Shown here: one piece after another, positions 38,915-51,990 of the stretch
How the letters are laid out: every line of letters starts with the position of its first letter
Position numbering within the stretch: the stretch's first letter is position 1
From: Pelomyxa schiedti
Taxonomy: Eukaryota; Protista; Evosea
Length of the DNA: 64,000 bases
Assembly (NCBI GenBank): GCA_020536535.1
Contig: JAHLWZ010000853.1
Span: 1 to 64,000, forward strand
Direction of reading: 5' to 3'
Made by a program: the position numbers and the translations under genes
Notes under the pieces: model-generated
The model's input: the letters and a program-made list of their open reading frames with translations, nothing else
Database searches by the model: none
What the model was told of the DNA's origin: nothing

Positions 38915-41484
38915 ATGTCGTTTGGATCTTTTGTGGTGTTAACGGGCACTGAGAGGGTGACAATAGTGGCACACAGTGGCGCTGTGCCGTCCCCGGTCGT
39001 GGTTATCGATCGTGCAAGTGGGGAGATCTCGCTGTCCGATGTCGCTCCCTCGGGTTGTTCGGTTTTATATACGCGTTTTCCATGTCGACTCAATGTGATT
39101 AACTCTATCTTTTTCTATAGACTCCGAGTTGAGTGGCACACCCGCCGTTGGTCTCAGGGGTATCGTTGGTATCGTTCGTCTTTTATCAGGTTAGCACTTC
39201 GTTATCTTTTGTCCCTCTTGTAATGTATCTGTGAAGGCCCTTACATCATCGGTATTACTGCTTGTGACCTTGTTGGGACTGTATGTGGCCAAGAGATCTT
39301 CAAAATCACAGCAACAAAACTCATAAAGTGTGGTCGCTCGGAAGACGAGAAAGTTGTCTTGCCCCTTCTCTTTTCTTCTGTCACATATTCATTCTCCGTA
39401 GTCCAGAGATGAGGCTATCTATGTCCGCATGTTGCAGCAAATACTTAATGTCAAGTCATTTTACTTCACATACTCTGGAACAGTGCTCACACTCACAGCC
39501 CAGCAACGAGAGACCCTCACCTCTCAGGGTAAACATATGGAACCTGCTTGGAAAACAGTATGTCACGTGTTACGTGTTTAACACTTACATTCGAAAAGGC
39601 TGATGAACGTTTCTTCTGGAACAAACACCTTCTTTCCTTTTTCATTCAACACAACTTGGACTCTTGGATCATACCAATAATGATGGGGTGTATCCTTTTT
39701 CCTTTAGAGACGTGTACAATTACAGTTCCTTGACTCTGGCAGATATAGAATGTGTAGATTGCGCAGTGGACGGAAAATCCTTCCAGTTTGTCCTCATTTC
39801 TAGAAGGAACCACAAACGAGCCGGTACATATGGAAATAGCTGATCTGATCTTCCACAGATTTCGTGACTTTGTAAAAAAAAAGGTACCAGATGGAACATG
39901 AGGGGCATAGATGAAGAGGGATCCGTTGCCAACAATGTGGAAACAGAACAGTGCATAGTATACAATAACTCTGTATGCAAGCACTATTGCAGTAGTATTT
40001 TCTAAAAGCAATAACCTCCAGATTGTTGCCTCTTATGTGCAAACTAGAGGTTCTATTCCACTGTTTTGGACTCAGAAACCCACTTTGGCCTACAAACCTC
40101 CTCCAACACTTTCGCGACCTTTAGATGCAGCGGTTAGCGGACTTATAGTTTTCTCCCAGTCCTAGATTAAACTTCTTACAAACAGATGCCTGCCTGCATA
40201 AAACATTTTGAAGAACAAATGAGGCTTCATGGGGACCAAGTTTGCATAAACCTCGTGGATCAAAAAGGCAAAGAACTCATTTTAGCACAAAACTACAACG
40301 CAGCTGTAACGAAGATGGCAAACCCCAAGATCAAGTTACTTATTTTCTACAGGTACTGATGCAATACTCTAATTTACTTGCACAGATACGTTGCCTTTGA
40401 CTTCCATAAGCATGGGTCAAAAAATCTTCATCTTCTCATGGAGCAAATTAAAACCGAAATTGATTCCTTCGGGTATGTAACTCACTCGTTAGTTATCCAG
40501 TAATTTCTCCTGAAAAGTTACTTCCTTGCACCACTTTCGCATGGGACAGTAGAGCAAGTGCAGTCTGGCGCTTTTAGGACGAATTGTGTTGACAACTTAG
40601 ACAGGACAAATGTAGTTCAGGTGTGGCTCAGTAATTTTTATTTCTTCCCGGCATGCACATCCACTTACTGAGAGTGCAGAGCATGATAGGTTTCGCAGTG
40701 CTACAAAAACAACTTACTCGCCTTGGTATTATTCCTGGGGTTTCGTTGCCCACAAACTCTTCCTTTATACCAATCTTCAAGAACGGTAATTTGTCCACAT
40801 CGTTCCAAACACTTACTGTTGTGTCTCAGTTTGGGCAAATAACGCCAATGCACTAAGTACTCAGTATTCTGGAACTTGTGCTTTGAAGAATGATATAACA
40901 AGGTTCCAACCCGCGGGCTTTGGCCTTGTATGAATGACTTGTATATTCTAGAACTGGCAAAAGAACCCTGATGGGAATGAAGGATGACGGGATGAATTCG
41001 CTGACTCGTTATTACCTCAACAATTTCTCTGATGGGTATACACAGGTAGTACTAAATCTTTTTTTTTGTCTTGTTTTTAACGATCCTTTTATGCCCCTGG
41101 CAGGATGCTTACAACCTCTTTTTGGGTCTCCACCAACCGAGGAAAGGCCAAGAATCCCCCTTTGATACATCATCAACTTTCCTGGTAATTTTCATTTGCT
41201 TTGATTCCCTTCTACAATGGAGTCAAAATAATCATCTCCAGATCCGGATGCTTTTATTTATCCTTGTGGCGGTTGTGTGCTTGTGGGTAGTTCCAAACAG
41301 TATGTTCCCCATAACTCCTCAGCATACTTCCCACCTAATACAACACACAGACTACTCTCTGACACACCGTTTCCTGCTGACCATTGTTGCCCTTCTTTTT
41401 GTGTACTTTGTTGCCAAGAAGAACCGGGGCAAGCTAGTGAATGTCCCCAGGCTACCTCTCAATGCCAAGGCTAAGTCCTTATAA
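38915..41484 (+). CDS. SAC1: Sac1 phosphoinositide phosphatase
   Basis: [45 protein letters not shown], catalytic [30 protein letters not shown]. Two C-terminal TM helices and a KAKSL (KxKxx) ER-retrieval tail. Confidence 0.95.
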
Positions 41485-41719
41485 GAAAAAAGCACCCAAA
41501 ATAAAGGACCCTCACACATTATTTCTTTTTTTTTTTTTTGTCTGTTATGGCTGTGACCTACCATCCCCAAACACAGCTCCTTGTGCACTCACCCACGGGA
41601 GTGCAGAGTACCCAACAGGGACACCCCTTCTCGTACAGGCAGGTTCCGGAATTTCAACTGACCTGTTATGTGAACCTTTTTCTCCTTCGTTCAGGTTCCC
41701 AGAACACAAGGAAAAATCC

Positions 41720-43616
41720 ATGTCGGGAGCGGGGCCGTCTTTGGGCAGCGACGAGGGCGCGAACGTGCCGCCGCCGTCGCAACCTCCACCGGGCTACGAC
41801 GGGCGCGACGACGACGTCGCAGTGCCGGTGGCCCACCACCATCACCACCACGATCACGAGCACTACGGGGCCGAGTCGCCGCAGACGCCTGACGGTGGGA
41901 GGCCCGACGAAGGCATGGTGAGGGCCGACGAGGAGAAGAGAGGGAGTTATGGGACGGGTGGCGGCGCTTCTGGGGCACCAGTGAAGCAGCCGCTGAATTC
42001 CGAGAAAGTGCCTCTTGTGGAGAAGCCACGTGCAATGAGGCACTTCAAGCGATCTGTATTCGGGTCTGTCTGATTATTGCGGTCATTTCAAATTTTAGAA
42101 ATAACACACACACAAAAAAAAAACAGATGGTTGTGCTTTGGCCTTGTTTGGAGTGAGTCATTTCTCTCAGTACTGTTATCAAATAGCTAACTCACAGCAC
42201 AGATATTCTAAACACTGCTGTCTTCGCAACACTGTATGAACCAATGCTTATAATTAATAACCACTTATAACTTGCAACAAGCACACAACCTCCCTGAAAT
42301 GGAAAAAAGGTATCCAAAAATCTTGCAGACAATAGATGAGAACTATGTGTCTGACTTCAGCACTGCCAACATGATTACCACGCTCCTCTCATCTTTCCTT
42401 CTGCCACCTCTTGGGAGCCTTGCTGACCAGATGAAGCAGGTCTGTTTGTTGTAGTCTTTCATTTCCATTCTCTTCGAACTTCCCCCTTAAAGGCTGCGTA
42501 ATTAGGTCAGGAGATGGATGTTTGCCACTGAATTGGTGGGAATTGCCCTGTGCTACGTGTTTCTACCCATGACGTACCTCAACTCCCCAACAGCACAGAT
42601 TGTTCTTGCGCAGATCCTCTACACTCTCACATTATTCTTCCTCCGAGTGGCAGTCATGGACAACAACGCACTGTTAAATTGCTTCCCTGATGCACATCGA
42701 ACGACTCTGTCCCTTCTCACCAACTTCATTGGTTTTGGTGCTGCTTTCCTGAGCCTCTTCATCCTTTTCCTTCTCACCAAGGGTGATGATCCTCCACTTT
42801 CCAATGTTGCTCTTGTTTTCATCTTCGCACTTGTTGTGACCGTCATAGCACTCTTCACATACCTGGCTCCTTCTGATGCAGTTCCTCTCCGTGAGAAACA
42901 ATCCTTCGGCAAAGTGGTTATCAAGTCATTTCAAAGAATGGGAACAACTTTTCTGGCATTGAAGAATAAGCCCGAGTACCGGAAAATCGCTTACTTTCTC
43001 CTCGCATACCTGTTCTACTCTACATCTGGAACAGTCTTTACGATCTATGTGATCACTTTTTTCATTGACCTTTATGGCGTGGATACAAATCAAAGCGTTG
43101 AGATTAATATGTGTTACTTGGTTTGCATTCCCTTCCTCAACGAGTGAATCCGCTAATTTTCTGCAGCTGGCCAGTTTCTTTGGAACTCTAATTGGGATGC
43201 TCTACAAGAAGTTCATTGGTGATCATGAAATTTGGACTCTGCTCATCCAGAACTGTCTTTTCTTGGTCTTATTTATTATTCTGTTCCTCAGTTATATATG
43301 GGACTGGGGGATTTATGCCAGTCTTGGAATATCTCTTGGAATCAGCCTGAATTATGCATGGAATGCCGGTCTCTCACGAGGCTACTTATTTAAAATCACA
43401 CCCGGGGACAAACGCGGCGAGTTCAGCGGGTTCTACAGCACATTCACATACCTTGGAATCAGTATTGTGAGCGGCGTGTTTGTCATAATGACCAACTGTG
43501 ATGTTGGAACCCAGTGGCTTCTTCCACTCTTAGCCTCATTTTCACTGCCCTCCTATATTTTCTTCTTCCTGTTGATATGGACACAGAGACAAGAATCCAA
43601 AAATACTGTCAACTAA
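41720..43616 (+). CDS. MFS transporter, Atg22/UMF1-like
   Basis: PPLGSLADQ, NNALL, YFLLAYLFYS, LSRGYLFKITPGDKRGEFSGFYS (Atg22/UMF1-type SRxxxxxxxPxxxxxEFxGFY). About 12 hydrophobic segments. Confidence 0.75.
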
Positions 43617-43800
43617 GCCCAAATAAATAAACCCAACCACACACCAACCATCTCACCACGTTACACTGCAGGAAAGAAAGACTGAAACGGCATTCATTGA
43701 ATCACATTTCACCTGAATCTCTAGAGAAAGAATCAATTCTCGACTTTTGTTGTTTTTTTTACGGAGTTCGGTTTTTTTTCCCCGTTTTCGTTTCTGATTG

Positions 43801-46800
43801 ATGGAGGCGATTAAAATTGTGGCCGTAGGTAGGAACAGTCTCCACCACCTTTAAAGCATTTTGCGTCATAGTGATGCAATTGTGCAGGTGATGGTGCAGT
43901 TGGCAAGACATGCATGTATATTAGTTATTCAACAGGGGCATTCCCTTCGGGTCTGTCAGATTGCCTTTTGTTTTAATTCCATTCTTTTTGGTGAACAAAA
44001 TAACTTACGTGCCCTTTTGGGGTTTTTTCCCTGTGGCTCCATGACAGAATATGTGCCCACAGTATGTTCCCTTCCTTTCACTCTTGGTCTTAACTGGACT
44101 TCAGGTTTTTGACAACTACGTGGTAAATGTAACGATCAATGGCAAACCTTGCAGCGTTGGATTATGGGTTAGTGATCACTGTCTTGTACCTTTCCCTTAC
44201 CAAACAAAATGTAGGATACAGCAGGCCAAGAAGAGTATGATAGACTCAGACCCCTCTCGTATGCAAGACTGAGACAAATAACGTATTGAACCGAAAAAAG
44301 CTTACTGTTCCATCAGATATGCTGGCACCTCGTGCTTCCTCGTTGTTTACAGTATTACAAACCGATGGTCTTTCAACAATCTGTTCAAGTGGATATCTGA
44401 GTTTCAACACTATTGTGGAGCAAACCAAAAATTTGTCTTGGTAGGAAATAAATTAGATTTGGAGCACCTTCGACAAGTACGAGAGTTATTGTGAACTACT
44501 TAATTACTCTTCAAGTTAGGTACCTACACAAGAGGCAAGGGATTTTGCTGACAAATATGGGGTCCCTTTCTTTGAAGTATCGGCGCTGACCCAACAAAAC
44601 CTTAAAGTTGCATTCGATGAAATGATAAGTTGTACTAACTGTTTTTATATTTGAAAATTAACAAACCCTAGAACTGGCCTGCAGAACAGGGGGAGCCCCA
44701 AGGCGGCCACGTAAGAAACCATGTTGCTTATGCTTTGCTCCCCCACCAAAAAATGAGAAGCCTACTGACATGCACCATGACTCTGTAAGTTAGTTCACTT
44801 ACACTGCATAGTTTCTTATAGAAATAGATTTGGTGTTTGGAAGTGTCTCCCCCTTATTTGTACAGTGGCGGACGCGACAAGAAGCTATGGTGTTGGGATA
44901 TTGCATCAGGACGATGTGTAGCTGCTTTGGAAGGCCATACTGGTCAAATATTTCAAATTGTGCGCTTACACGAATTTTCCCTTGCCAACTCTTCTAGATA
45001 GCAAACGACGTGTATGTTTTCACCTGCTCTTCTGATGGCAGCATAAAAAGATGGTACAATCTAGGTGATACTGCCTTTGTGGAGATTGATCATTCACCTT
45101 GATGCTAGGATATTCCGGTGAAATGAACCATAGTGATTATGCCAACTGCATGCAAATCGTTGGGAATACACTATTTTCTGGATCCAATGACAAAACGGTA
45201 GCATCCTGGGATAAGGGTACATGCGCTCGAACTAGAACCTATGTCGGTAGTAGTGCAGCCATAAATACACTACAAGTGGTACGTACCAGGCAAATTGACT
45301 CCTTCTGATTCTTCTAGGTGGGGGATTTCATATGGACTGGCTGTGCTGATGGAAAAATACGAGTATGGAAGTTGAACTACCCCGACTTGTATGACGAATT
45401 TGAAGGTCATACTGCCTCTGTAAACCGTAAGCTAGGAGAGTTTTGAAGTAGTATTGTTTCTCACCATTCTTGTTAAAAAGAGATGTTACAGTGTCATGGA
45501 GATGGAACAGTTGTGGTATCTGGTGATGCAGCGGGAGGCCTTAGGGTTTGGAATACGTGTGTTAGTTTTCACGTAACTTCATCTTATGATTTACCAGAAC
45601 CGAACCCAGTCTCCGGCACACTCTAAATCCGCATAATGAAGCAATTAATTATATGTGTGTCAGTGGGAAAGTACTTTACACAGCTTCCAGAGGTTCTGTT
45701 CCTTCGCTCCCCTTTTCCAATGTCTCTTCTGTAGTAATCTTGGGTTATATCTTTTATAGATAGGACAGCTCGAGCATATAAACCACATGTAGGTCAGCTT
45801 TTGCGCGTTTTCCAGGGACACACTGCTACTGTGAGATCCTGTGGTGCTGCTCATGGACTCCTTGTCACGTACTTCCCTTAAAAACAACATTATTTAGTTT
45901 TAACCCGTTAAAGGGGTGGAACAGATAAGACTATAAGATGTTACAAGCCAGATGGAACGATAAAATGGGCATACGATGGACACGAAGATTGTACGGTGCA
46001 GACTTAATTTCGTAATTTTAACCCTCCCAGATATCAACCGAATTTATGTAAATTCGGACTCTGCGTATACAGCATCACGAGATTGTACTATTCGAAGATG
46101 GAGACTGAAGGATGGGAAGCTATTAAGAGTATTTTTTTTTTTTGGGCAAAGACACCCCTGTGAACTTTGAAAGGTGTTCGCAAATACCAGAACAAGAATT
46201 TCAAATGAATGGACCCCACCATTTGAAATTATTGTTGGGCTTGTAATGATATTTGTGGAATTTGTGCAACTCACTGCCTTTGCGTTTTCATCTGGAATAC
46301 CGTGGTGGGCAAAGCATCCACTTATTAAAATCGCATCACCTTTGCAGCTGAATTTTTCATTTATCGATTGGTCGGCATTTTTTCTTCCACTGTATGTCTC
46401 TCAACAACCTTTCTTTCTATCTTATCTCCAATAGGTACATATTATCTTCCATTGGCATTGTACTATTTGAAATCGCCTTTGCGTATGTACTTAATGCTTT
46501 TAAAAAGTGGATTGGAGCTAAGTTCTATTCAAGTTTCAGCAGCAGAATCGTGGGGAGTGACGATTACGCCTTGAAAAAAAATTTGTGGTATCCATCGTGT
46601 TTCATCTGCTGGCTAATGTCCACAGTTTGCTTCATACCAGCAGTTCGAAGCATAATTTCTGTAAGAATCGACACTAATGTAAACTCACCACTGAAGATTT
46701 TATCTTGTATTTTGTAGGCCCTGCCCTGCTATGATTCCGTTATCCCCAGCAGTGATATTACGTGTTGGAGTGGCGCCCATATAACCTTATTCATCCTGGC

Positions 46801-47560
46801 GTTCCCGTTAATTGCAGGTTTGGCATATTAGGTTGGCTTCTAATCCATCCGTGTTTCATTAGGGTACCTCCCTCTCAGTCTTCGAATGTCCACTGTTGAT
46901 GGCAGTCTATCCAGAGTCGCAGTGTACATGTGGAAAGATTGGTCTAATGATAAGCCTGACACAAGGCGCCTTCATATTTTGTCCCACAGATCATTAGCAT
47001 CAAATCGCATGTTTCTGTTGATCAACTTCTTCACCACTGTTGCCTCAGTATTTCTTGGCTACGCAGGTATTAATTTAACTTCTTGTTTGAAGAGTAACGA
47101 ACACAGAATCCGATGTAAGTACTTCATCTTCAGGTGACGGGACACTCTCTCACAAAGATTGGGGTCTCCTTTTGGCACTTGTGGCAGTACTTATTGTGTC
47201 TGCTTTGTCGTTATCTCTTTCCGTTTTAAAGGTAAAGATATACATATATTGATAACTTGGCTCGGCCAACAAATAATTGTGTAGAGTCCGCCCTACTACA
47301 ACATCCACATCAACTCCATGAGGTTATCACTTCTTCTAACGGTTTTTTGGACAAGTGTGCCACATCCTTTGTTTCACATTTTAACTTTATCTTCTGTGAT
47401 AATAGATTGCTGTGCTTTGGCTACACTCATTGTAAATGATACCTCCAGTAAAGTGACGAGCGTGGTTCATGTATTGGGGTACCCAGTCGTTATATGTATT
47501 GGAATTATTTTGATGCGGATACGAGCCCACTTCATGGAAGTGAAAGAAAGAAAGATGTAA
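43801..47560 (+). CDS. Fusion protein: Rho/Rac-like GTPase + ~8 WD40 repeats + ~8-TM membrane domain
   Basis: IKIVAVGDGAVGKT, EYVPTVFDNY, LWDTAGQEEYDRLRPLSY, GNKLDL, EVSA. No stop after RRPRKKPCCLCF. Phase-0 GT-AG joins into WD repeats (MHHDS|IWCL..WCWDI) and from the last WD into TM exons (KLLR|VFANTR..IIVGLVMIFVEFVQLTAFAF). Confidence 0.8.
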
Positions 47561-47618
47561 CCATTCATCCCAAACCGAATCATCACTCAATATCCTTGAA
47601 AAACCTAACAGGAATCTA

Positions 47619-48132
47619 ATGCTTTACAACTCCATTGGTGTTCCATCCCGTCTATTTAGACTTCTACCGGGTTTGGTGCCCCTTCTATAAGAATAACCTT
47701 CACATATTCACAAACTAAGTCACACCAGGACATCCAAATCAACTTAATGACGAAAACTATGGAGCACCTCCGTCCGGAATTGCAATTATCCACTGCGCGG
47801 CGTGCAACGTAGCAGTTCTGCGGGGATTATGGGACGAGCACATCAACTCGGTCAAGCACCACAACCACACCCACCCAATGGTCTCCAACATCAGCAATGC
47901 ACCTTTGGTTCCGCCGGGAGATGGAATCCAACCACCCGAAGTGGAATTCGAGATGGACGAGGAGCTCAAGACGTGGGAAAAATCTGGGAAGCGAAAGCTG
48001 GGGGTCTGGGAGGGCAGCCACTGGGGAAAAAAGGCTGAGCAAGAACTGGCTCAGTGGAGTGCTACTTTGCAGGATGACAGAAACAAAATGGAAGAGGAGG
48101 CCAAATACATTGCACCACAGGAATTGTCCTGA
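47619..48132 (+). CDS. Small protein with U1/matrin-type C2H2 zinc finger (start exon tentative)
   Basis: The frame upstream of ORF 47878 reads IHCAACNVAVLRGLWDEHINSVKHH. An in-frame stop at 47716 requires a 5' exon; ATG 47619 with intron ~47638-47728 fits the phase. Confidence 0.5.
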
Positions 48133-48267
48133 CACCAGAAAAAAATTGTAAAGTTTTTTTTCCTGATAGGACACAGTCCACTGCTTGAATGGGTGTTTTC
48201 CTGAGAACCTCGAGAGATCATGAAAAAAAGTGAGTGGCTTGTTTTCCAAGCTACAAGTAATCGTGCT

Positions 48268-50811
48268 TTAGAGTGATACAAATATTTTTTCTCTCCACAT
48301 TATGTAGGATACTATGACCCACGCAGAGACACAAGTTACATTCTCCAACATTTTCCACCAGTGTGTTGGATCAGGAAGCTTGAAGGCGAACGGGAAGTAA
48401 CCACTAAAAACCTGAAAAGAGCGTAAGTTCCGGTGTGGAAAAGACAAGAAAAGGGATTACCTCAGAAAGGCAATACATGGATATCGAATTCATTCCCATG
48501 AATAAGAATGGTTCTCCTTCCCATAACTTCAGTACATCTTGCACAATATAGCACACAGTAAGGCAAATGTTCGCTCCTCCAGCAAGTGCTAAAACAAAAG
48601 ATAGGCTCCACAGGTTTTTGTTTACTGGAATTGGACCGCCATCCCTCCGGCCCAGGCAAAGAGCAGTTGCAATAGAGCCAAGAACAATTCCCCATATCAA
48701 CCATCTGCTTATTCGTTGGGTATCTGTTTGGAATGAATCAGGTTTTTTTTTATCTGTTGTGGTGTTGTACGATTTTTGTAATGGGTGAGAATGCGCCCAG
48801 CCTGCAGACCCAAATAGCACATTAAAAACGATGTCAAGTACCCAAGGATGCCCTCTGCAAGAAATCAGTGTTTCGTGAATGAGAAGAAATTTGCCTGGGT
48901 CATAGGGACCAGTAATATAAATTAACCTAAAAAAGGTTGGATGTTACAAACAGAAATGAAAAATTTATACTTGCAGGTAGGCCATTGATAAATCTGGGAG
49001 GGAAAACATTTGAGAAGGAAACAACGAAAGGGAGAAAGCGTACATGGTCTTTTCCCAAGATAAGGCGATCAATATATCCAGCAGCTCCGCCAGTACAATT
49101 CTTTTTCATCCCTAAATCTCCCAATAGGCCGCCAGCTCCCAAGTAGCCTCGGCCACAGCCTGGAACATCCAGAAGAAAAGTAACCAGTAGCCAAATCTTT
49201 CGGGTTAGTTGTTAAAGAAGAAATGAAAATTCGTGAACTCACCGTAACAAATATAAGAATGATTAACCACTGCAGGGCATAAGGTAAAATATCGGAAAAT
49301 GGCTTCTCAGTTTCTGAAGGTGCTCTGGCAGATTGTTGAAGGTTCAGAGGTTCTGTTTGTGTCTCCCCAAGCAAGGGTTCCGATTTCTTTTTACGGAAAG
49401 ACAGTGGTAATGCAGGAACAAAAACAGCAATGCATGACACTACAAAGAATGTCAAGCCAAATCTCTGTAGGACACCTGGTATTCTCCAGTTTTTGTAATC
49501 ATATCTACAAAGGATTCTCAGTGATTTTACTGTAGAAGAAACAGTACCCTGGGAAGAAATTAGTGATTGATCCTGATAGTGTTTATCTTACCATTATTCA
49601 GAAATAGGCCTAAGCAGAATAACTTCAATGATCGGATAGTAATTTTTTTAAGTAACTCCAGGTAGCTTGCCTTTCTTCTTCTGAAGGACAGAGCCATGGA
49701 TGTGCCCATTAGAAAAACAAACCTACAATTGTCGGAGGGGAGCAGAATCGTTGGTAGTAATACCAAGGGAAAACTAAATCTGCTACTGTGAGTCCATTCC
49801 ATATCTTTTTTTGGAGTAAGAACGAAACTCGGGCAAAAAACCTCTTACAGAGTGGTGCATATACCAGTACCCTCCCCCTCCAGCATTAACAAATATCATA
49901 ATTACAAGTGAAATTCCTCTGTGAAAAAACCCATTAAAAACCCATTATTGGGAAACTCAAAACCTAAATGTATCAATGCTCCCAATTCTGTCAACAGCAG
50001 GTGCAGTATCAGAAGGGGATCCTGAGGAGATGTTTACATATTTATTGCCCACCAACCTTGTTTTTAGGTACCTGAAGTGGAACGCTTCCGTTTTATCCAG
50101 TAGGTTCGGAAAACTAAAAATGCTTGCCATAACACAAAGAGGAAAATTAACCCCTGCCAATAGTGAGGAAAGGCTTGAAAGGATAGTGGTACCAACAAAA
50201 ATACAATCTCAGGAATCCAATTTTTGTGAGGTGAAACGTCTTCAGTTATAGTCATCTCCCACGAACTGCTGTTAACAAATAGGGTATAAACACCCCACTC
50301 TCCAAAGTGATACCTAATGGCATAAGAACAGAACTAATATTAAGGCAATGGACCGTATAGAGCTACGATAGTTTTCATCATTGTCATACACTGAGATATT
50401 CATTCCAACGCGCGTTTGTATAGGGTGAAAGTACTACAGTGATTGAGTGATACGAGCAAGATTTTTGGAAGCATTTCTCCATTATTCGGCTAGTAATAAA
50501 CACTATGAGCTTAGACTCACATCTTCTGTTTCACCTGACACGCGCCTCTTCAGTAGCTCAGGCGAGCAATTATAGCACTCATCCAGAACGTTGTAGTAAT
50601 GTGTTATACCCCTTCCCGACACATACACCCGTACCTTTATTTTGATTTTGGTTTGTTTTTTTTAAACCATATTATATTAATACAATAATTGAACCTTGCA
50701 AGTGTCCATGGGATAGTCTGTGGGGTCTGTCGTGTTGGGGTCGGGCAGAACTCCCCCCAAGACACCCATAATTGCCGCTCCCCATAGCAACGCAATCCCT
50801 GTGCACTTCAT
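48268..50811 (-). CDS. HGSNAT: Heparan-alpha-glucosaminide N-acetyltransferase family membrane protein
   Basis: [95 protein letters not shown]. Confidence 0.92.
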
Positions 50812-51008
50812 CCCCAAACTACCACTGCACCAGCTTGTGATTTTTTTTCTGACGGTTCGCCGATTCGGAAGACACAGATCACAGATGATCAAACGAACAC
50901 GAAAACGCGATGACGAAGGGCCGTGTAGTCACGCCGGCTTGTTTCGTACCGACTTGTGTTGGCCAGTGATATTTGTTGCAGTCCCACAAGTTGGTTGGTG
51001 CTACGATT

Positions 51009-51965
51009 ATGACGAGGATAAGAATAGAAGCTGTTGCTGTTGCTTTTGTTTGTTGGGGCGTCGGCAAGGTTGTTTGTGGTGAGTCAATAACGATGGAAGT
51101 GCCACCTCTGTCAACAGAGTGCGTTGGTGCCACAGTCAAAGTGCCTGTATGGCTGTCTTTGTTGTTCCACATGATGTATTCTACATATACTTACTTTCCA
51201 TAATCACTATAGGGGTGACTTTGTTAATGTGGCTTAAACAGAGTGGAGAACGTATTGTTGATATTGAATGGATGGTTGTGAGGGGCGGGCTGCTGGATAT
51301 CCACGTGAGAGTATGTGGCAAACTCTCACCCTGGGCCAAACCACAAAAATAAAACACTGGCAACTAGTTGCGAATATCGAGTTTGTTGTAATGCACAACT
51401 AAGATGACTGTCAATGATGTGATACTGTACAACAGAATGCACTTTGAAGGCCAAGATATGGGAAAGCGTACTCTGACTCTGGACCAGGACTCCACTATTT
51501 CTGTATATAATCCCCCTTCTTGAACCACACCTTCAATTTCTTGGGATAATTTTCCACCAGGTTTGCTTTGGAAACACCATGGCTCGATTTACCAGCAAAG
51601 TAGTGCGCCTTACTTCAAATGCCAAAGACGAAGATCCCGAAAACCTATCACCTGAAACTGAAGGTTTTTTCCCGGTTATAATTTTGAGCCTTATCTTTCT
51701 TTCAGAGTTACATGGTGTTACAAGAAAAGTCTGTGACTCAGTAGATAGGCTCTTAGAATCGATTCTCAAACAAAAAGCTCCGCAATCATTGGAATTTTTT
51801 AGTATGCAAAACCAACCACAGAGAAAGATCCAACCATTTTTATGTACAGATGCAATATCTTTAGGGAGGAAAGTGACTTTCTTTGGGGCCGTTTTGACAA
51901 CCGCAATAGTTGTGTTCAGTGTTGTCCAAGTCTATGCCATAAAAAGCTTTTTTTCTTTCAAGTAA
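51009..51965 (+). CDS. p24/emp24/TMED family GOLD-domain cargo receptor
   Basis: Signal peptide; VPPLSTEC; WMVVRGGLLDI; VCFGNTMARFTSKVV; coiled coil; TM ending QVYAIKSFF. Confidence 0.85.
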
Positions 51966-51990
51966 CCAAAAAAACCTCTACATTTTATTT

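Noticed and set aside
40575-40620. Sac1 catalytic motif CVDNLDRT instead of CMDCLDRT
   Set aside because: CX5RT is intact, and the second Cys is not the nucleophile.
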